A stretch of DNA of 64,000 nucleotides, taken from the human T2T-CHM13v2.0 reference genome, Homo sapiens. This document shows, one piece after another, positions 30,776-45,000 of the stretch. The number at the start of each line of letters is the position of its first letter. Position 1 is the stretch's first letter. The DNA lies in the NCBI RefSeq assembly GCF_009914755.1, contig NC_060929.1. One strand, written 5' to 3'. A model generated the notes under the pieces. That model was not told where the DNA came from. It saw nothing but the letters and a program-made list of their open reading frames with translations, and made no database searches. Both the position numbers and the translations under genes were made by a program.

Positions 30776-33700
30776 TCGTTGAATAAAACAGCCAGTAGTT
30801 TCCTATCTGGATTTCAAATTTTTAAAGCCTAATCCATTTCTAAGTTAGAAACTGTCATATGCAGCAGATATCCGTATACATCAAATATTTTATTCTTCCG
30901 AATTCAAGTTACCTCTATAAACCGTCAACAGACTTATTTTATGTGTTATAATATTTCTGGATGGTAATATATTGTAATAACTTCATGAGTTCAGGCAAGC
31001 AGTCAAGGACACACCATCAAGAATGGTATGGCAACTGATTATTGTATAACTTAGACAAAGATATTATTTCAAATGGTTGCATTATATTTGTCTATGTGTG
31101 TGCATAAATGTACAAATATGCAAGAAATATATGTGTGTAAGTACAACTAAAATTAATTTTTAAAGGATACAAGCAAATAATTTCTACAGGAGATTCAGTA
31201 ATCATATCTATTTATGTAACTATACTTGCATATGACTTCAAATATAAATATTATGTTTTATTATGTTTACTTAGAATTGGTAAAGCACAGTATAACCAAT
31301 GCATTCTTAAAATTAGACCTATAGCTTCTCAAAATAAAACCTATTACACATACATATAGGACTTATAATAAATGTCCAGTGACAACTCTCTTCAATAGTA
31401 TTAATTGAAATTGAAATAGCTAGCTTGCCAGAGGTAATTAGTTACATTATATAATTATATTTGTCTACCTAAATTAACTTTTTGAATTATTTCTTTTCTC
31501 ATTATTGCTTCTGTTCTCCATTGACCACTTAATTTTGAAGGAACTACTGTTCTCCAGGTACTTGGCTGGTGAACAGGCCCAGATGAGAAAAGACATAGTC
31601 CTTACCCTGGGGTGACTGACAGTCTCTATCCCATAACTAAGGCCCAGGTAGCTGTTTACTGAACCACAAAAGGACTGTATAAAATGCCTTGCAGGTGCCA
31701 CATCAAGACAATCTCCAAAATGTAACTATAAAAAATACTAAAATTATACCTTGAGACATAAAACATTTATCAATTCTAAAACTTCCCACCTGGATTCTTA
31801 ACCAGATTTTTTTTAATTCTTTTTGAGGCACAATTCTTTTCATCTTAAAAAAAGACTTATAAAACCTACTTATGATGATTCAATGATAAAATAAATGTTC
31901 AATAAATGGAATTATTATTACTACCATTGTTTTTCCTTCATGCAGAGACACAACTCTTCTTCAGCATATTTTCTCATCTCCATTGTGTTTCATGAAATTC
32001 ATTTTTCTTTCATTCTCCACTATCTCTGCTCCACTGAAATTATTGTCCATCAGGCCCAATGCATAGAGCTAAAATGCTCCTATATGAGTTGGGTCTGATT
32101 ATCTCTGAGGGTCAGGGGGCTCAAAAAATATATATTTTTTAAAAATTTTCTTTATCTAACTCGAACTAACTTTTCTACAATTGGTTTGTGTTATGGGGAG
32201 AGGGGCTGGAAAGGTGACACAGGAATTGAGAAATGATGGGAATCTACATATTGTATGCAAGTCAAAAATACTTGAGTATACTCCCAGAATCTAGAACCAT
32301 AACTTTATTTAAAATATTGGTTCTAGGAAATATTTAGAAGGAAGGAACTTACCTATGAATTCTAAAGAGAATCTAGTTTAGTTTAAATGCTATTTTAATC
32401 TTTCTCTACATAGATACTAAATATCAATAACAAACACTCCATATTTGGATGGATTAAGTGTGTTCTGCTCATTGACACTTAAAGCAGAAGCTTTGATACA
32501 AATCAGTTCACACTTTAGGTTTTATTTAATTAATTATTTATATTTATTTTAGTTAAATCCATATGGGTTAGTTTTTCTTTTGGAGGCTCTATTGGGGCAC
32601 CACAGTGTTTTCAATTATAACTAAGATGTGATACTGTATATCTGGGACATATGCCTAAGGGAAGCCTTCTCAATTTCTAAAAAAAAATGAAGACATTTTC
32701 GTATCGCAGATGTTTTGTTATTGAAGATATTTCAGTATCACAGATGTTTCATTTTCAAACATGCTTTGGACCACAGAAACTGCAATGATAAGAAGAGAAA
32801 TTTGCTATGCCCATAAATGAAATGAAGGAGATTGTTCTTATTTTCAAAGTATGACTCTCTCTTTTTCAGTTAATGTAGGTTACTGCACTAAAATGTATTG
32901 CAGCATTCTAAAAACATAATCTTAATACATCCCTAACTAACTTCCACATATATCTCTTTCCTTCTCTTCTTTTTTTCATTAGTCTGCCTTAGATCACCAT
33001 TAATTTGCACAAAGGGTAACAAATTAACCTCTAAAATGTTCTTATAGGCTCCTGTTACATCATTCGAGGCCATCTAGAAACTTACACCAACCCAACTCTT
33101 CAGGACATTCTCTCATTGTTCTTATTCAGTTCTAACTTTTCTACTCTATTGCTTTTGCTCCTCTTTCCCTCTATGTGTCAAGTTTCATCTACCTTACTAC
33201 TCTACCACCTTCCGTTAAGAAAATCCAATCCACTCTTACAGGCCCTAAATGCCTCCTTTTAATGAAGTATCTCATGATTTACCCTGAGGAAAGTAATTCT
33301 TCCCTTTATAGCATGTTGCTGTGTTGATTCATTCATTCTATCTTTAGTCAGGTAATATACATCGTGCTATGCATTCAAAGGTGAGTCAGGCAAACTCTGT
33401 ACCCTTATATCACACGTAGGTGTCTGCTTGGTTGTATTTGGCATAAGTTTTATAAATTCTTATTGGTTAACATATTATTTTGCAGGAAAAATTGTGAACT
33501 CTTTCAGGGAAGAGATTAAACTAACTGATCTTTACATCCCTGGTACCTAGCACAGAGTCTTGCATGTAGAGGAAGACAATAAATCTTTGTTAAAGTGAAG
33601 TAAATTCCTAGCCTTCTTGCTGAGTTGAAATTCATGATTGATGACACACAGGGTTTTTGTATTATTTAAACGTTTGTAAGTTGGTTTCTCAAATTATTTT

Positions 33701-33779
33701 ACTCAATTGATTGGGCTGCAAAATGAATACCTAGCATAATAAATTAAATCTTCTGTGCATTTTTATTGTAAAAGGCAGT

Positions 33780-34010
33780 ATGGAATTGAGAGGAAGTAGG
33801 AAACTTACAGATGATGGAACCAAGCTACTTGGATCCCAGCCTTGAATTTTACTGGTTATGTTAACTTGGGAAAGTTACTTAACTAATTCATTCCTCAGTT
33901 TTCTCAAGAGAAAAATAGGAGTAATAACAAACCTATGTCAAAAGGGTTGTTTACATAGTGTGAAAATCACTTGTAATAATGATTGGCATATAGTGTTACA
34001 TGGGTGTTAA
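33780..34010 (+). mobile_element. MIR relic
   Basis: aacttgggaaagttacttaac...cctcagttttctca...ggagtaataaca; boundaries approximate. Confidence 0.6.
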
Positions 34011-34244
34011 CTAATATTATACAACAAAAAGGCCTCTGGTTTTACACATGTAATTTTCTCTGCCTGAAACGTATTTCCCTGTTCTTGGCATTAACTAGAA
34101 TGTCAATTTCATCAGCAGGCCTTTTTCTTTTAATCAGTCCCCTAACTCAGTTTTGCTAGAAGGGATTCTCCAAGAGCATCCACTCCTCACTCATCTTGCA
34201 CTTATCGTACGGTACTATAATTTCCTAATAACAATATAATTATC

Positions 34245-34352
34245 CAAGTGAGGTAAGAACTGTATCTAATTCAAATGTGCATCCCAGATATAGCAAAATG
34301 CCTGGCACCTAGAATATGTTCAATAAATATTTGTTGAATAAGTGAATGAAAG
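34245..34352 (+). mobile_element. L2 3' end relic
   Basis: tgcctggcacctagaatatgttcaataaatatttgttgaataagtgaatgaa, a typical L2 terminus. Confidence 0.65.
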
Positions 34353-34894
34353 AATTAAAGGATATTGAAGAGATTAGGATATCATCTTAATCAAATGAGT
34401 GCTAATATAATAATCAAAAGACATTATTTCTATAAAATTCCATCTAAATATACATGCATTTATATATACACACACATATAATGTATATGGATATGTACTA
34501 CTGAGGTCCATTTTTAATAGAATTAGACAGGTAGAAGAATAAAAGAATAATAAAACATAGAACGCTCTAGTGACAAAAGGAGCAATTGTTAGTTGTAGGG
34601 CATAGAGAGCAGAATGCTTAGAAATTAGAAATTAGCATTTAGTAAAACTTTAAATATTAAGCACAGTTATCTCATAACTATTTAACTGACATTAAAAAGA
34701 AATATTTTTATCTATGAAAATGCCTATAATTTGGTATCGAATGGGGACATTAAAATGTAATTGCTAAAAAGGTATTATTATGGTATTTATTTTATGTTGA
34801 CAGTTTTGAGTTTCTAAAGCTTTAATATTGTTTCTCTTATTGTTTATTACTTTTTCTCTTTCTTAAGTTGTCACTACTGATCAAATTGATTCAG

Positions 34895-35299
34895 TGATAT
34901 AATCTGGATCTATGTCCCTGGGAAATACCATGTTGAGATGTCAGCCTCAACATTGGATGTGGGGCCTTGTGAGAGGTGATTGGATCATGTGGGTGGATCC
35001 CTTATGGCTTGGTGCTGTCCTTGCGATAGTGAGTGGGTTCTCACAGGATATGATTGTTTAAAAGTGTGTACCATCTCCCAGCTCTTTCTCTTGACCCTGC
35101 TCTCACCATGTGAGAGCCTGTCCCACTTTGCCTTTTGTCATGATTGTAAGCTTGCTGACGCCTCCCCAGAAGCCAAGCAGATGCTGGTGCCATGATTCTT
35201 ATACAGCCTGCAGAACCATGAACCAATTAAATCCCTTTTATTTATAAATTACCCAGCCTCAGTTATCTCTTTATAGCAACATAAAAATGGCCTAACACA
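34895..35299 (+). mobile_element. MST-type (MSTA/B) MaLR solo LTR
   Basis: tgatataatctggat...gaggtgattggatcatg...cagaagccaagcagatgctggtgccatg...ataaattacccagcctcag...ggcctaacaca. Confidence 0.88.
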
Positions 35300-36479
35300 T
35301 CCGGCCTTCTTGGATTATTGTTTTTTTCAAAATGTAAAACATGGGTGAAATGAAAAACAAACAAGGAACTAGGGCTGAGATGTCTTCCAATTTACATTCT
35401 TGTTATTATAGATGTAGCATTTTTATATTCCAGAAAATATATTAATTTGTTCTTTTTCTGTTTGTACACAAAATTTTCAATCACAAATGCTAAAGCTACC
35501 CGTAAGTTCAGATCTATTAGTAAATGGCACATGATTAGCTATACAGTGACACTTCTCCCTTGAATTATCATATGGAGAGTTAATCAATTTTCCATGGAAT
35601 TGTGAGATATTTTGACAGCCAGGAATGATTCTCTACTTATTTTGAAAGAGGTTGTCATTTTTTCCATCATAAACAAATTAAGTTATACTCACATGAAAGT
35701 AGGTAAATGAGTAGGAAAATGCATGGGAAAAACTACTAAATTTTTAAAAATCTTTTTTTTCAACCAAAGTAAATGTGGCTACTTGAAATTTGAAAATGTG
35801 TAATGCTATTAAAGATAAATATTGGAAAGTTAACTTCTTACAGTATTGCTATTACTGGTGGTTAAAATAAGGTTCTCCACTAATTCGTATTCATTCATAC
35901 CAAATTTTTCATCTGAGATTGTACTTGTCACTCCTGTGAAAAGCTTAAGATGAAGTTTAAAATATAAAAACGTCATTATAGATGCTGTGGTTGCCAATTA
36001 TTGTTTCGGAAGTAACATAGTGAAGTCCATAGATATTCACCAACAATTAATGTACAGCTATTTCAACTGCCAAGTTTGGAATGGACCTATCCCCACTTTG
36101 GGGGATACATTGGACATATTCATTCATTATTAATATTCACCAGAATAGAAAGATAACCATCAGTTGACTTCAATCTAAATTGAGAGAGATATAGAAGTAA
36201 AAAGGAAGATAAACTCAGATATTTTTAGTAGATTACTTTCTGAAATCAAGGTAAGGCATAATAAGATGTGATCTCTAGGTCTCCTATTTGTTTTTCTAAC
36301 CAAAATTCATTTATGTATTTCAAGACACTTTATTAGAACAACTGTGATTAATTTAAATAAACCTGCAGAAAGGGAAGAGTTGTCTGGAAAGAGAGAAATA
36401 CCTTGAGAGAGAAATGAGCTTTGCTTAATTACCCAAAGGAAAATTTACTGAATCTATTTTTCAGTGATGTATTAATTAG

Positions 36480-36700
36480 AGATAAGCCTTATTTAGCACT
36501 TATAATGTGCCAGGCACTGTTCTAAACGCTTTGCATATAACTCAAATGATTTCTCAGAGCCCTATGAGTAGACACTCTTAATAATCTTATTTTACAGATA
36601 AGGGATGATAATAACTAACTGGCACAAAGTCATGGAGCTAGTAAAATGTGGAACTGGGAATTACAAAGTAATCTGGCTCCAGAATCTGTGCCCCTAAAGA
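36480..36700 (-). mobile_element. MIR relic
   Basis: agcacttataatgtgccaggcactgttctaaacgcttt...attttacagataagg...tctggctccagaatc. Confidence 0.7.
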
Positions 36701-37324
36701 CCACGTTGAGCTGGATCTCTAGTATTACTATTAATTTGGCCATGGTTGAATGCTGCATTCATTTTTTTTTGCATTGTTCTGAGATTTGTCATTAGGTACG
36801 GTAGACTACTAATGGATAAAAATACATAGAAAAGAAACCTAAGATTGAATGTAGAAAGGAAGGTTCACATGCTTTCTCAACTAAATATATGGTACTCCTT
36901 ACTAAGTATAACCTAGAAATAAATAACTTTCACTTTTCTACAGCAAATGTTAAATCTCACGTTGACTTCTCCAACTTGGCAAATTAAAGATATCATTTCA
37001 TAACTCCCAGGTGGACAAATAATTTTTTTTAAAGAAAACGAAATTTAAACAATCAACTTGAATTATTCATAATTTTTAAATTCTAAAAGCATTATCTCCA
37101 GATTCAATTTTTTACTTAGATTTGGTAGAAAACACTGACTGAAACTTGGAAAAAAATAAAATCCATCAGAGAAAATTGCTACTGTTCCGTACTGACGTTA
37201 AAATGTAATACTTTGGAGACTTCCTTTCCAATTTCCAGGTTAAAATACTCCCACGTCACTTATCGCTATTGACTTTACACATAGGAACTCTAAAGGAAGT
37301 CTAGGGAATTTTCTCATTAGTGCT

Positions 37325-37327
<3 letters not shown>

Positions 37328-37359
<32 letters not shown>
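37328..37359. repeat. (AC)16 microsatellite
   Basis: Direct reading. Confidence 0.95.
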
Positions 37360-37360
<1 letters not shown>

Positions 37361-37875
37361 GTAATACCTGAGGGAAATAAGATACCATTCTGATCATTAG
37401 CTCTACTTTCCACTTGCAAAACCTGAGTCATCAGTAAGTGTCACAAGTGCTTTAGGGAGCCAGTGTTGAACTAGTTTCAAAAGCATTTAGCCAGTCCAAA
37501 CTCAATAGGAGGATGAAGAATTTAAATACTTTTTCTTTGTCCAAAATATTTAGAGACTCCACTTTAGGGATTATTATATAAAGTATCCATTACACATGTT
37601 GATATTTGATTGGTGTAATAAACCAGAAGTGATGAAGTCTGTAAAAGCTATTGACTTTGTGTTTACAGATATCACTGTTGCCAGTGCAATTGCACTGGCC
37701 AATCTAAACTATGATGACAGCTAAAATTTAAAGAAAATATTCTAATACATGAGATAGACATTTCTGATTGAGGTGCCAGTGTGATAGAAATGATTTCATT
37801 TATTAAGCCTGAATGTTAATAGCTGCAGTTTTCTTCACCCAATTTACACAAGAATCTCCTTGAACCATATGTTTA

Positions 37876-38083
37876 TTCTGGTGTGCTAGAGCTGGCCCTT
37901 ACTGATCCACAGAGCCACAGTGAATTTTTTCTTTTTTTGGAATTTTGTGAGCTGCTTGTCATCTCCTCATTAGTTTGAAATTGGGCATGGTGGGAGTATT
38001 TACATTATGAAAATCAGCAAATGCTATAAATCCACTTTGTTTTCCCAGAGAGTTAGTTGTGAAACATTTACTAGCACACACTG
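37876..38083 (+). mobile_element. MER63-type hAT DNA transposon (uninterrupted)
   Basis: Inverted ends ggtgtgctag ... ctagcacacactg; core catggtgggagtatttaca...cagcaaatgcta. Confidence 0.8.
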
Positions 38084-39319
38084 CCTGAAAGGAATCTCTA
38101 CTGGTGAAATGTGGCCTACTTTTTTGCAACTGTTTCAAATTTGGTTTCTTAAACTCATGCCGAAAGATGTATATTTGATACCTAGCTATTGTATATGTTG
38201 TCTTAGTAAGTCACTTAATCTGCCCAAGAATGTCTTAATGTCATTATTTTTAAATGAGATATTCATTGGAAACTATGCAGTATTCTCCATTTCTGAGAGT
38301 GTCTGAATCAATTACCATATATGTTTATACTTCATTCTACTCTCATAAGGCAGAATAGTAAAACAAATGGTTAGAGAGCTGGATAAAACCAGAAAGTAGG
38401 ATGAATGAATCAGGCTTGTTATCAGGATGTATGAGACAAAGCGGTACATGGGACTGTGAAGGACAGGATGTCAGTGCCTAGAGTATAGAAGACAGCACGA
38501 TTTAGGTCTGCCTCACCATAATCATGAAGAAATAGAGATCTAGGACTGCCAGATATTCTGATCTTTAAAAGAATCACCAGATATTGAAATGTCTGTTGAA
38601 AAATCTCATGATACTTAGATGTTGACAGTTAATTTCATTTTTAAATATCTGTGTTATTAAGCAGGTCAGTAGGCCAAGTCAAACTGTGAGTCATGAGTCT
38701 GCTACCTCTCTTCTACAACCAGAAGAAGGAACAGAAATTACAGTATGGTGTTTCTATAAGATAAATGAAAGAAATCAGAGATTTTAATGAAGACCAATGT
38801 TACATTACTTAGACTGCTAACGAATACACATCAAATAACATAACCAAAATACATCTTGGCCAGAAGTAATATGTAAATTATGTATTTTTTTCATTCCAGT
38901 CAAAACATTAGTAACTGATTAAATTTGGAGCACTAGAGAAAAAAAAACCTGTTAAATTAAATATCAAATTAAAAGTCACTATATTACAAGTATTTATTTA
39001 TCTATAAGAATGTAATTAATTTAATCTGAATTTATAATGAAAATGTTTCTGTGAATTCCAGAGACTCACTGTAAGTCATCAACACTGTAGATGCTTAGAA
39101 GCTATTCTCTGGCAGTTTCTTTTGCTATAGCTTCATGAATATTTGCTTTGAATAGACTAGCAAATATGTACAATAGAAAATAAAATTGCTACTGGGTAAT
39201 TTCAGCAAATCATAAAATGGTGGCATTCAGTTTCCAACACTATGACATCCACATTATAAACTTCCTAGCAAAATGATTTAAACCATAGTGACAAAACTTG
39301 CACTTAAAAGAGAACATTA

Positions 39320-39453
39320 ATTTTTTTTTCTTTTTTGTAGAGATGAGGGCTTGCTATGTTGAAAGCCTGATTTCAAACTCCTGGCCTCAAGCAATCCTCC
39401 TACCTTGGCCTCCCAAAAAGTTGGAATTACAGGCATGAGCCACCACACCCACC
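39320..39453 (-). mobile_element. FLAM / AluJ left monomer
   Basis: Single ~130-bp monomer: ctcctggcctcaagcaatcctcc...attacaggcatgagccacc. Confidence 0.85.
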
Positions 39454-41684
39454 CATTTAAAAATTTTTCTATAACCTTTTGCCAACTTAGAATATGCAAA
39501 AAAATTATATTTAATTATGATATGAATTTCACTTGTTTTCTGGGTAAATACATATTGCAAGGTTTCATATCTTGTTTCAAATTTCATTTAAATGAAAATA
39601 TTTCAAATGTACATAGTTTGAGCCTTATAAATAATATGGCACACCATCAATCAATTTGCCAGAAAAGATCTTGATTTTGCTCTGCAGATGTCAGCTGAAA
39701 GCCTGAGCAGATAAATGAACTTAAATTTAATGAAATGCTTCAGAACTCAGCTATAGAATTTATGTTCTCTTTGTTAAATTGAAAAAATAACCATTGAAAT
39801 CCTATTTTAGAATTATTTAAAAACTTGGGTCCAAAGTTTGAACTATAAATCCCTAGCTACAAAGGCAATTAATTTAGTTGTTTCCTCTTCTTGTCTATGA
39901 AAAATAATCTTCTCTTTATCTCTGGCCAGGAAACACAAGACAGAAACAGCTCAAGATCTGTGATAACTTATATAAATAGAAAGCACTCACTTTCTGAATA
40001 TTATTTTGGCAATACATACAAGGGTCTCTAAATCAATAGGTTTTATTATATTGAAAAATCATACATCAAAAAGAAATGATAAAATGGCACAAATATTGCC
40101 ATGCTATTATAAAGATACACTGTTCTATAGTGAGATTGGTCTAAAGAGAGCTGCTCCTGGAATCAGCAACTCTAACTGTGCCACTAACTGAGTGTCTATT
40201 TTTGAGCAGATGAGACTCTGGGCTGCAACAGTTTCCTTTATAAAATAAGAAATTTAACTGGATTATGTCAAAAAATCATGAAAATATTTTCCATATGTAA
40301 GCATTAGCTACATATAATATATACATATATTTAAATAAAAATATATACTTTTAATATTTTCAATTCATACGGAGTCTTTTTTAAACTGTTCCTGATCCCA
40401 AACTTTTATATCATGTCATATCTTATTTGGTCTTATCAGTGAGACACAGCAACATTGTCTAATACCTGAAATGAGAATTTTCAAATGTGTTTAGATTTCT
40501 CCAAGTTCTTATAAATTTCCTTTCACCCTTTTATTTTAACATTTTAGAGTATTTTCTACTTATTTTAACAAGATTGTAGTGCTATTTTAAAGAAATCCAA
40601 AGCAGAGAATACATACAGTTGTTTGATGAAATATTTATGTGTGTGTATGTGTGTCTATTTATATATATGTGTGTGTATATACATACATATGCACATGGCA
40701 ATTTTAGAGTTTTTTTTTAGGGTACAAGTTGGGGAATTTTCAAGGATACCATGAAACTAGTTTTCAATGTGTTGCTCTAATGGACTAAAGAACAAGCTAT
40801 GAAAATGTTCCCTAATATCATCATCAGCTTGGTTAGAAAATCCCCAATCATACCTAAATATGAAAAGGGTCAGAACATTGAGCGAGTTGCAAAATTCCCC
40901 CAAGCGGTTCATTTCATCATGACTCACAGTGCTTGAATAAGGCAAAGTCATTTCTTAACACACAAGTTACTGTAGAGGAAGATGAATGCCTATATTATCT
41001 CCTGACTAGCCCATAACATTTTTGGAGCTTTCTGTCTTCCTTAGGGTCTCTTTTCCAGTCAGCCTACATTCTTTCTTATAACATTCTTGTCTCTAGGTTA
41101 CTTAAGAATATAAGAAAAAAAAAAGTCCCCAAAGTTTTCTTATTACATATATTCCAAACAATAAAAACAAATGAAGATAGTTTGTTTTTTCAAAAAAGAT
41201 TGTTTCTGTGTGTTTTATTCTCTAGTAAGTACCCCTTTCCCTGGCCCCCACCTAATCCATTTGCAATCACAGTATGCCTCCTCATTATCACACTCAGTGT
41301 CACAGTAAGACATTCAAAAACTTATTTCCTGTGCACACCAAGTTAAATGAGAAAGCCAAAATAAGGGAAATGCAAAACCTACTGTACATCATGATAAAGA
41401 AAGAAGAGAGGTTCATAAATCTATTTGGAACGTATTTTTGTTGTCATGTTGGTAATTTCTACACAGGTTACTGATTTCCATAGTTGCATAGCTGTTTACT
41501 CTTATTGCCTTCCATGCCCTTCTAGAATAAAGTTGAGTATGTAAAATTATGGTTGGGAACCTGATGCTTTTTGTAAACTGGGACTTTTGTAAATTGGGAT
41601 CAACACAAATTTTTATTCAAGCCATAGGTATTGGAGTCATTATGCTTATTTCTTTAAAAAGAGGTCAATTATGCAGTATATTGC

Positions 41685-42037
41685 TGAGGCAGGAGGATAG
41701 GGTCTGGAGGCAGGGAACATAAGGCCAATTCACTCTGACTTCTTAGAACTAAATCAAATGGAAACACTTCAGCTATGACAAGAAATATCCTCTCCATTTA
41801 CATAGGGCATACACCAAGTAACCAATGGAAACCTCTAGAGGGTATTTAAACACTAGAAAATTCTGTAGCGCAGTTATTGAGCTCCTATGCTTGGGCCCCC
41901 TCCCATCCTGTGGAGTGCACTTTCATTTTCAATAATTCACTGCTTTTGTTGCTTCATTCCTTCCTTGCTTTGTTTGTGTGTTTTGTCCAATTATTTGTTC
42001 AAGACACCAAAAACCTAGACACCCTCCACTGGTAACA
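41685..42037 (+). mobile_element. MER51-type ERV1 solo LTR
   Basis: Begins tgaggcaggaggatagggtctggaggcagggaac and ends ccactggtaaca; CCAAT at ~41822 and TATTTAAA at ~41843. Confidence 0.8.
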
Positions 42038-45000
42038 TAGTTCTGACACAATTTGTGGATAGGCATTACTGTAAATTCTTAGCCTATACTTTTAGCTGAT
42101 CTTTAATACTGTTTGGAATCTCTTCTGTGAATCTCTAATCGGTGACAAATTACATGTCCCATCCACCAGAGGTATTACATGCATTTGCCAAATCCCTTGA
42201 TCTAGCATTCCAAAACTACCTTGTCACTTCCCTATGTAATCTTGTTGGCTACCAAGCTGGTTTTGTTGCTTGAGGAAGCCCCTGCTTTGTTTTCTTCTTT
42301 GGAGCTTCAGACCTAGCGCAGTATAGCAATCTATACATGTTTATAGAAGGAATGAACGTGATACAGCAGGAACACTTCTATTCATATTTCAAAATGTGGA
42401 ATTATGTGATTTCAAATATTTTACTACTTCAATAGAATTTTTTAATGAAAAATATCTGTATTTCACTTTTATTCAGTCTGATAGGAATTTGCAATTTGTA
42501 CATTACTAAAATATTTGTATTTATATATTCTGTGTTATTTCTCATAAAATAATTAGCTTATTAATTTTGAAACTGACAGCAATTCTGGTGTATGCATCTG
42601 TTCCAGAGAAAACAGAAAGAGGAAATAATTGTGAGCTGAGCAAAGAACAAAATTTTAGCAACATTGATTCTTCCTGGTAGCGACGTTTATTAATGGAGAC
42701 TTGCTGATGGATTATTTGATTATAGCACAGATGGATTCCACAAAGTATCAAGTTCCTTTTTTTAAAACAAAAACAAAAACAAAAGTTGACTATTAAGAAG
42801 CAAAAACAAAGCTGAAAATTTTGATAAACTGCCCACATCCCACCTCAACACTATCCCCAGTTTTTATTATTCTCAGATAGGGGCTATTAACATTTATAAT
42901 GACTGTACAATTCTTTCAAGCAGTATTGAGAAACATATATTTTGGTATAAGGTTAGCTTGCCATATTGTAGATTTTATATGTGCCTATAAAATGGTTTTT
43001 GCAAAAAGCTCACTGAATTCTATTGAGAGGAATATGATCATAATTTGAATAAAATGCAGAATCAGAACTTTAGCTGCAAGTAATGATTTTACTTTAATTA
43101 AGATTCACCAGTGAAAAGAAAAAAAAGTTAGTTTCTATTAGATCAAATTATCAAATATATTAATAGTGTAAAGTAGAATCTGTGCCATGCTAGATTATGT
43201 TATGATACATTCAGTCACATGATTCTTTTAGCTATTTAATTTCATCCAAGTTTGTAACTGATGCAAATATTGTTGAGTATCCAAAACAAGGAAGCTTTAA
43301 AGTTGAACTCAGTTGCTTGATGCTATAGCTTAATGAACACTGGTAAAGTTTGCTGAAATTTGTATAAAGGCCAAGGAAGCTCCTATTATAAAGGCCAATA
43401 ATTTATTAAGGGAAATCCATATAAGCTATTTACCTAAGAATTCCTAATTACTTTATTATATCATCACTTTATCATTTTGTTTATTTTTTAAAGAAAGACA
43501 GTTTTCCACTGATTTTACTATCTCTAGAGTGACATCAAAAGGCAATATTTTCTTTAGGAGTGTACTTTAAATGACTAATTAGAGAATGGGAAAAGCAATA
43601 TAGACCATACTTTCATTATGAAAACAATTTGATGTTGACAATAAAAGTTTATATTGTCTGAAACAAAATCAGTTTATTCTTAGTTAGAAATAAGGTAGCA
43701 ACTGCCAGCACAATCTCCCTCTGCAACATATTCCATTCAGCTATCAACATGGTCACTGGAAGATGGTTTGGAGGATAAAAGTGGAAGCAGGTAAGAACTG
43801 AGTGTTTGTAACTGAGTTCTTAAGATGCTAGCATTCGACTTGTATTCTCACCAGGAAAACTTAACCAGAGGATATAGCTAAACAATATCATTGCTGAAGA
43901 AATGAAGTCTGGTGTTGAAAACTCATGTAAAAATAAAAAAAGCAGCAGGCATTTACACAATACAGAGCAATGATTTGTCACTTACAATTTTTTGTTACTG
44001 AGCTTAACTATGATGCCTAACCATGATCCATCTGAATGAAGATGCAATGTATGCGTTATCATGAGGAATGGAAGTCAGCCATACTGTTGCTCCAACATAT
44101 TTTCCACTTCTTGCTCTGCAAATTCCCAAAACATGTTCATAGGGCCCTTATAAATCCCTTCTTTTAATCTCAACAACTTATTTGCCCCTAAGAATGAATT
44201 AGCTATCAGTTATTTACACCTTACTTGGTATTTACGCATTTTATTATCTCTCTCCAATATTTGAAGTTTAGGTGGTGCTCATTGAGACGTAAAGCCTTTC
44301 CAGTTATATTGAAGCAAGGTCTTAAGAGGGACAGAAATTCTTCACGGAATGTACAAAAATGGTACCATCTGGATGGCTCCCTAATTTGCCAACAAATAGG
44401 CACAATGTTATACTAGAGGGCCAGAGTTCCTAAGATATGATGGCAAGTATCCTTCCTTAAGAACTGAGCAAATACTTTATAATTTTGCTTTCACTTATGC
44501 TCCACAGGTGACAGCCCCAGCATAAGATCATCTGGATGAAACAGTTGTGTAAGAATTTGCATCGTATATAATGTGATTTGATTGATCTCAAAAGAAACTA
44601 TTGAACAATATTTCCCACATATATCAACCACCATGTATTATGTTTAAATATGATCTTCAGAAAACCATACTCAATCATAAATGTACTATCTTGAAGGGAG
44701 AGTACAAGCACCTACTAACACATAAACAAGAAATCTCATCCAGCAGAATAGTGGGGAACATAGAATAACCCTGGCTATTTGGGACACACATTGATGAGGG
44801 GAGGCTGCCAGAGGTATCAGAATCAGGGCACTGCATTTTGATTTTACTTCCTGCACTGGATACTGGTCTTCACCAGGGCTCTATTTTGTGATTCTTCTCT
44901 TGTAGGTCTGAATATTCTTTTTGATTTATTTTATCCATGGAATGTGAAAAAGTAAATGGCTTATTTCTAAGAAGTCAGTCATAGGTGTTAGGCTCAAACT

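Noticed and set aside
44483-44554. Plus-strand exon-like signal (pyrimidine tract-CAG, 41 nt, GTAAGA) suggesting an antisense transcript
   Set aside because: Isolated; such pairs arise often by chance and no partner exons or promoter were identified.
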